Both the position numbers and the translations under genes were made by a program. Positions 60,522 to 64,000 of a DNA stretch of 64,000 nt are shown here, piece by piece (position 1 is the stretch's first letter; every line of letters begins with the position of its first letter). This DNA comes from Mobula hypostoma (Eukaryota): the NCBI RefSeq assembly GCF_963921235.1, contig NC_086097.1, positions 60,080,001-60,144,000 of the forward strand. Reading direction: 5' to 3'. The notes beneath the pieces are model-generated. The model worked only from the letters and a program-made list of their open reading frames with translations. It did no database searches and had not been told where the DNA came from.

Positions 60522-62010
60522 GACCATAAGACCATAAGATATAGGAGCAGAATTAGGTCATTTGGCTTACTCAGTCTGTTCCGCCATTTTATCATGACTG
60601 ATCCAATTTTCCTCTCAGCCCCAGTCTCCTGTCTTCTCCCCATGTCTCTTCATGCCCTGACCAATCAAGAATCTATGAACCTCTGCCTTAAATATACATA
60701 AGCCTTGGCCTCCAAAGCTAACTGTGGCAGAGAATTCCACAGCGTCACCACTCTCTGGCTATAGAAATTCTTCCACATCTCCATTCTAAAAGGATGGCCC
60801 TCTATTCTGAGGCTGTGTCCTCTGGTCTTAGTCTCACCCACCATAGGAAACATGCTCTCTATATCCACTCTATCAAGGCCGTTTACCATTCGATAGGTTT
60901 CAATGAGGTCAGCCCTCATTTTTCTGAATTCCAGTGAATACAGGCCCAGAGCCATCAAGCACTTCATATGACAAGCAATTCAATCGTGGAATCATTTTTG
61001 TGAATGTTCTTTGAAATCTCTCCAGTTTACAGCACATAAGGGGCCCAAACCTGCTCATAATACTCCAAGTAAGGCCTCGCTAGTGCAGTATAAAATCTCA
61101 ACATTACATCCTTGCTTTTATATTCTAGTCCTCTTGAAATGAATGCAAACATCACATTTGCCTTCCTCACTACAGACTAAAGCTGTAAATTAACCTTTAT
61201 GGAATCGTGCACAAGGACTCGCAAATCATTTTTCACCTCAGATTTTTGTATTTTCTCTCTATTTTGAAAATAATCAACCCTTTCATTTCTTCTACCAAAG
61301 TGCATGACCATACACTTCCCAACACTGAATTCAATCTGCCATTTCTTTGCCCATTCTCCAAATCTGTCTAAGTCCTTCTGTAGCCTCTCTACTTTGTCAA
61401 AATTACCTGCCCCTCCACCTATCTTCCGATCATCTGAAAACTTTGCAACGAAGCTAACAATTCCATCATCCAAATCGTTGACATATAATGTAAAAAGAAT
61501 TGGTCCTAACTCAGATCCTGTGGTACAGCACTTAGTCACTGATAGCCAGCCAGTAAAGGCTCCCTTTATTCCCACTCTTTGCCTTCTGCCAATCAGCCAC
61601 TGCTTCATCCATGCTGGAACCTTCCCAATAATACCAAGGGCTTGTTGCTTGTGAAGCAACCTCATGTGTGGCACCTTGTCAAAGGCCTTCTGAATATCCA
61701 AGTACACAATACTACCCAATTCTCCTTTTCTATCCTGCTTGTTATTTCTTCAAAGAGTTCCAACAGTTTTGACAGGCAAGATTTTCCCTTGAGGAAACCA
61801 TGTTGACTGTGGCCTATTTTATCATGTGCCTCCAAGTACCCTGAGACCTCATCCTTAATAATCAACTCCAACATCTTCCCAACCACTGAGGTCAAACCAA
61901 TTGGCCTATAGTTTTCTTTCTTCTGCCTCTCTCCCTTCTTGAAGAGTGGAGTGATATTTACAATTTTCCAGTCTTCTGGAACCATTCCAGAATCTAGTGG
62001 ATTCTTGAAA
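60522..62010 (-). mobile_element. 5'-truncated CR1 LINE
   Basis: gaccataa tail repeats at ~60522. Motifs VPEDWKIVNITPLFKKG, YLDIQKAFDKVPH and KFSDD. Confidence 0.92.
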
Positions 62011-62076
62011 CATGATTTCTAATTACTATAATTACTAACCATTAAGGCAGCTCATCACCATATTCTTCTTAGGCAC

Positions 62077-63292
62077 TTTTATCTCAGGTCAATTAAACCC
62101 AAAAATGTAATGTTAGAAAGCTCCACCTGTGGAGGGATGAAAATGAAGTTTACCAAATTTTTAAAAACAGCGGAGTCCTTGGGGAAAAGAAGCTATGCAA
62201 GAACAAGGCATGACCATTGCAGGCGTGGGGAAGCAAGAGAAATGCAGCAAACTATTAGAAACTAAAGATATAAACTCTTACAAGTGGAATTAGTAGTGAG
62301 TATCTCTGCCCTACTTCCTGAAAATCCTCTGGGTGAGACCACTGGAGAAGAGACCATAGCGATAAAAGGTTTAATGAAGCTATGGCTATAATAAGCAACA
62401 GCTATATCGAGACAATATCGGCAGAGGTGTGTGGCCAAGATCTCTACCATGTTACTGGGAATTAGTTCTGTTAAATCATACCAAGGGATTTGGTGAGTTA
62501 AAACACTTTCACTGTTCTGAGTGTAGTATTGTAACTGAGAAATTTTTGGAAATGACAATGTGAGTTATTTTGAAGTAGAAAATAGAATGTGTATAAGAAC
62601 TTACGGATTGTAACAGGTCAGGTTTTTTTGTGTAAGTTTTGTAAATCTTCTTTCTGTGGATGATCCACTATTTCATCCTAAGAAACAAGACAGCGAGCCA
62701 GTGCAAAAATGAAATGCTTAACGATGTAGAGGATTTAATACTGTTGTGGTAAACCATGTATATATGTTGTAACTCGGTTACCTGTCTGGACACACCCCTC
62801 TGCTGACTGCCCCTGTGGCTCCTTCTACAGAGTCCTGTATAAAGGTGTTCGTCTTGCCCCTCCCCCTCAGTCTGGGGGCAGACACTCACTGTGGATGTCG
62901 TATTGTACAGCAAATAAAAGCCTTTCAGTATTTTTACCAAACCTCAGTCTTTTGGAGTAATTGAAGGTGCTTCAACTGTTGAAGTTTATTTTTCATTTGA
63001 AGGATCTGAATTTGATTTTCTGCAAGAACTGATTATTTTTGCAAAGACTTTGATAAGTTACCGAATGAAATTTACTTTGTTTAAAAGTTGTGATGTTGGA
63101 GATTTTGTTGTGAAGAGTTAAGTTGTGTGTATATATATGTGTGTGTGTATATATATATAGTAAAAATTAGGAAAAGAATTTGGAGACCTACGGAACTGAA
63201 CTGAAACTGAAGTTAACCATAATACTTAAGATTAGGAATTCAATTAGTTTTCTAGCTAACTAGGGATAAATAAAAAGGAGGGCTTAGTCTGT
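62077..63292 (+). mobile_element. Second, 3'-truncated copy of LTR family C
   Basis: Colinear with 56582-57390 (caggt.aattaaaccc; acctgtggagggatgaaaa; agtggaattagtagtgagtatct; gcaagaactgattatttttgcaaagactttgataagtta). Confidence 0.85.
62745..62974 (+). mobile_element. Short solo LTR (230 bp)
   Basis: tgtggt...cttca ends. Perfect 5-bp TSD actgt at 62740-62744 and 62975-62979. TATA box (tataaag) and aataaa in the expected order. Confidence 0.9.
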
Positions 63293-63374
63293 AGACCATA
63301 GCAGTGGGAGGTTCAAAATGTTCTTGAGTACTGCGAGTTGGTTGGCACAAGTTTTCAGAGACTTACCAGGTAAC

Positions 63375-63460
63375 AAATAAGTTCTTCCTGGGCTTCCAGC
63401 TGGGTATAGCTATCAATTATAACCAACTTTTTGATGACAAACTCTCCCATCTTTTTCAGA
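63375..63460 (-). mobile_element. Penelope pLTR remnant with a dead hammerhead motif
   Basis: The reverse complement tctgaaaaagatgggagagtttgtcatcaaaaagttggttataattgat...agctggaagcccaggaagaacttatt aligns to 34392-34478. Confidence 0.7.
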
Positions 63461-64000
63461 TTCCTGAAGAGATGCTAATGACTTTTCCTTTGTAGGAAGT
63501 GATGTCTTGCAAATGCTGCCAGAGTTATCGTGTATCCATTGTCACGTCCAACTCTGCTCGAACTTCTTCTTTGCTCTTGAAAGTCATACCTGCTTGTCTT
63601 GTACAGACCTGGATCACCACACTTAAATGCCACAGATCTAACCCCCAGTAGAAGAAGTACATCCTGGTTCATCTACACCTTTTGGTTCGTGAATGTAACA
63701 TCTGGTACTTTTGCCCAGTACAGTGTGTACTTTGATAATAAATTTACTTTGAACATTGAACTTTTTCCATGTTAGAATAGCTAATTCAATTTATATATTT
63801 CATCTCTAAAAACAATGACATCTACTAGATTGTGGGACTCTTCCAGTCAAAGAGGTCAGTCAGGCCGCTTTATGTCACAAAATATCGTGCTATTCTGATG
63901 TTACATCTGCTGGTTCCATCTATTATCTAGAAACTGTGAATCTGTTACTGCATTGTCAGAACAATTGAGGCAACATTGCTAAAGGCTTCATAGATATGCT

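Larger units (their letters stand above)
59200..63715 (-). mobile_element. Decayed Rex1/Babar LINE in pieces (~59200-60517, 62039-62076, 63480-63715)
   Basis: Minus-strand motifs GTPQECVLSPL, SSAFNTIIP, KCFERLVM, VPKKN..SCLN and MNQDV..RSVAFKCGDP (cf. WMNYEV..RAAAFRSGD at 49650). Confidence 0.75.

Noticed and set aside
63123..63159. Mixed (TG)n/(TA)n tract
   Set aside because: An ordinary microsatellite expansion inside LTR C (cf. the short tgtatatata at 57241).
1..64000. Prokaryotic-type systems (CRISPR, retrons, DGRs, operons) suggested by the many RT ORFs
   Set aside because: All RTs are CR1, Rex or L1 non-LTR types with eukaryotic TE hallmarks. There are no repeat-spacer arrays and no operon-like gene density.

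Overview
This is eukaryotic, AT-rich, repeat-dominated DNA. I find no recognisable host protein-coding exon, rRNA/tRNA gene or CRISPR array, so it is probably intergenic or deep-intronic. The repeat mix (CR1 LINEs with (CTTATGGT)n-type tails, Rex1/Babar LINEs, fish-type L1, V-SINE, Penelope pLTRs) suggests a cartilaginous fish, probably a ray/skate; that is inference. Almost every long ORF in the supplied track is a broken transposon ORF or its antisense shadow. Target-site duplications (TSDs) resolve three nested stacks: (1) 8.9-16.2 kb, a Rex LINE split by a chromoviral Gypsy element (itself holding a second LTR, a Rex and an L1) and by a young CR1; (2) 41.4-53.2 kb, an internally deleted hAT transposon (8-bp TSD) holding a near full-length L1, which holds a full-length Rex and an inverted Rex tail; (3) 55.4-63.7 kb, chromovirus, solo LTRs, Rex, CR1 and Penelope pieces. 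The most notable items are a decayed Gmr1-like LTR retrotransposon with a SCAN domain and protease-integrase order (34.5-37.3 kb), Penelope-associated hammerhead ribozyme motifs (4.4, 34.0-34.5, 63.4 kb) and an ~80-bp locally templated insertion (5.9 kb). I see no good evidence for a wholly new biological system. Coordinates without a TSD are approximate, and family assignments come from motifs read by eye, not database searches.
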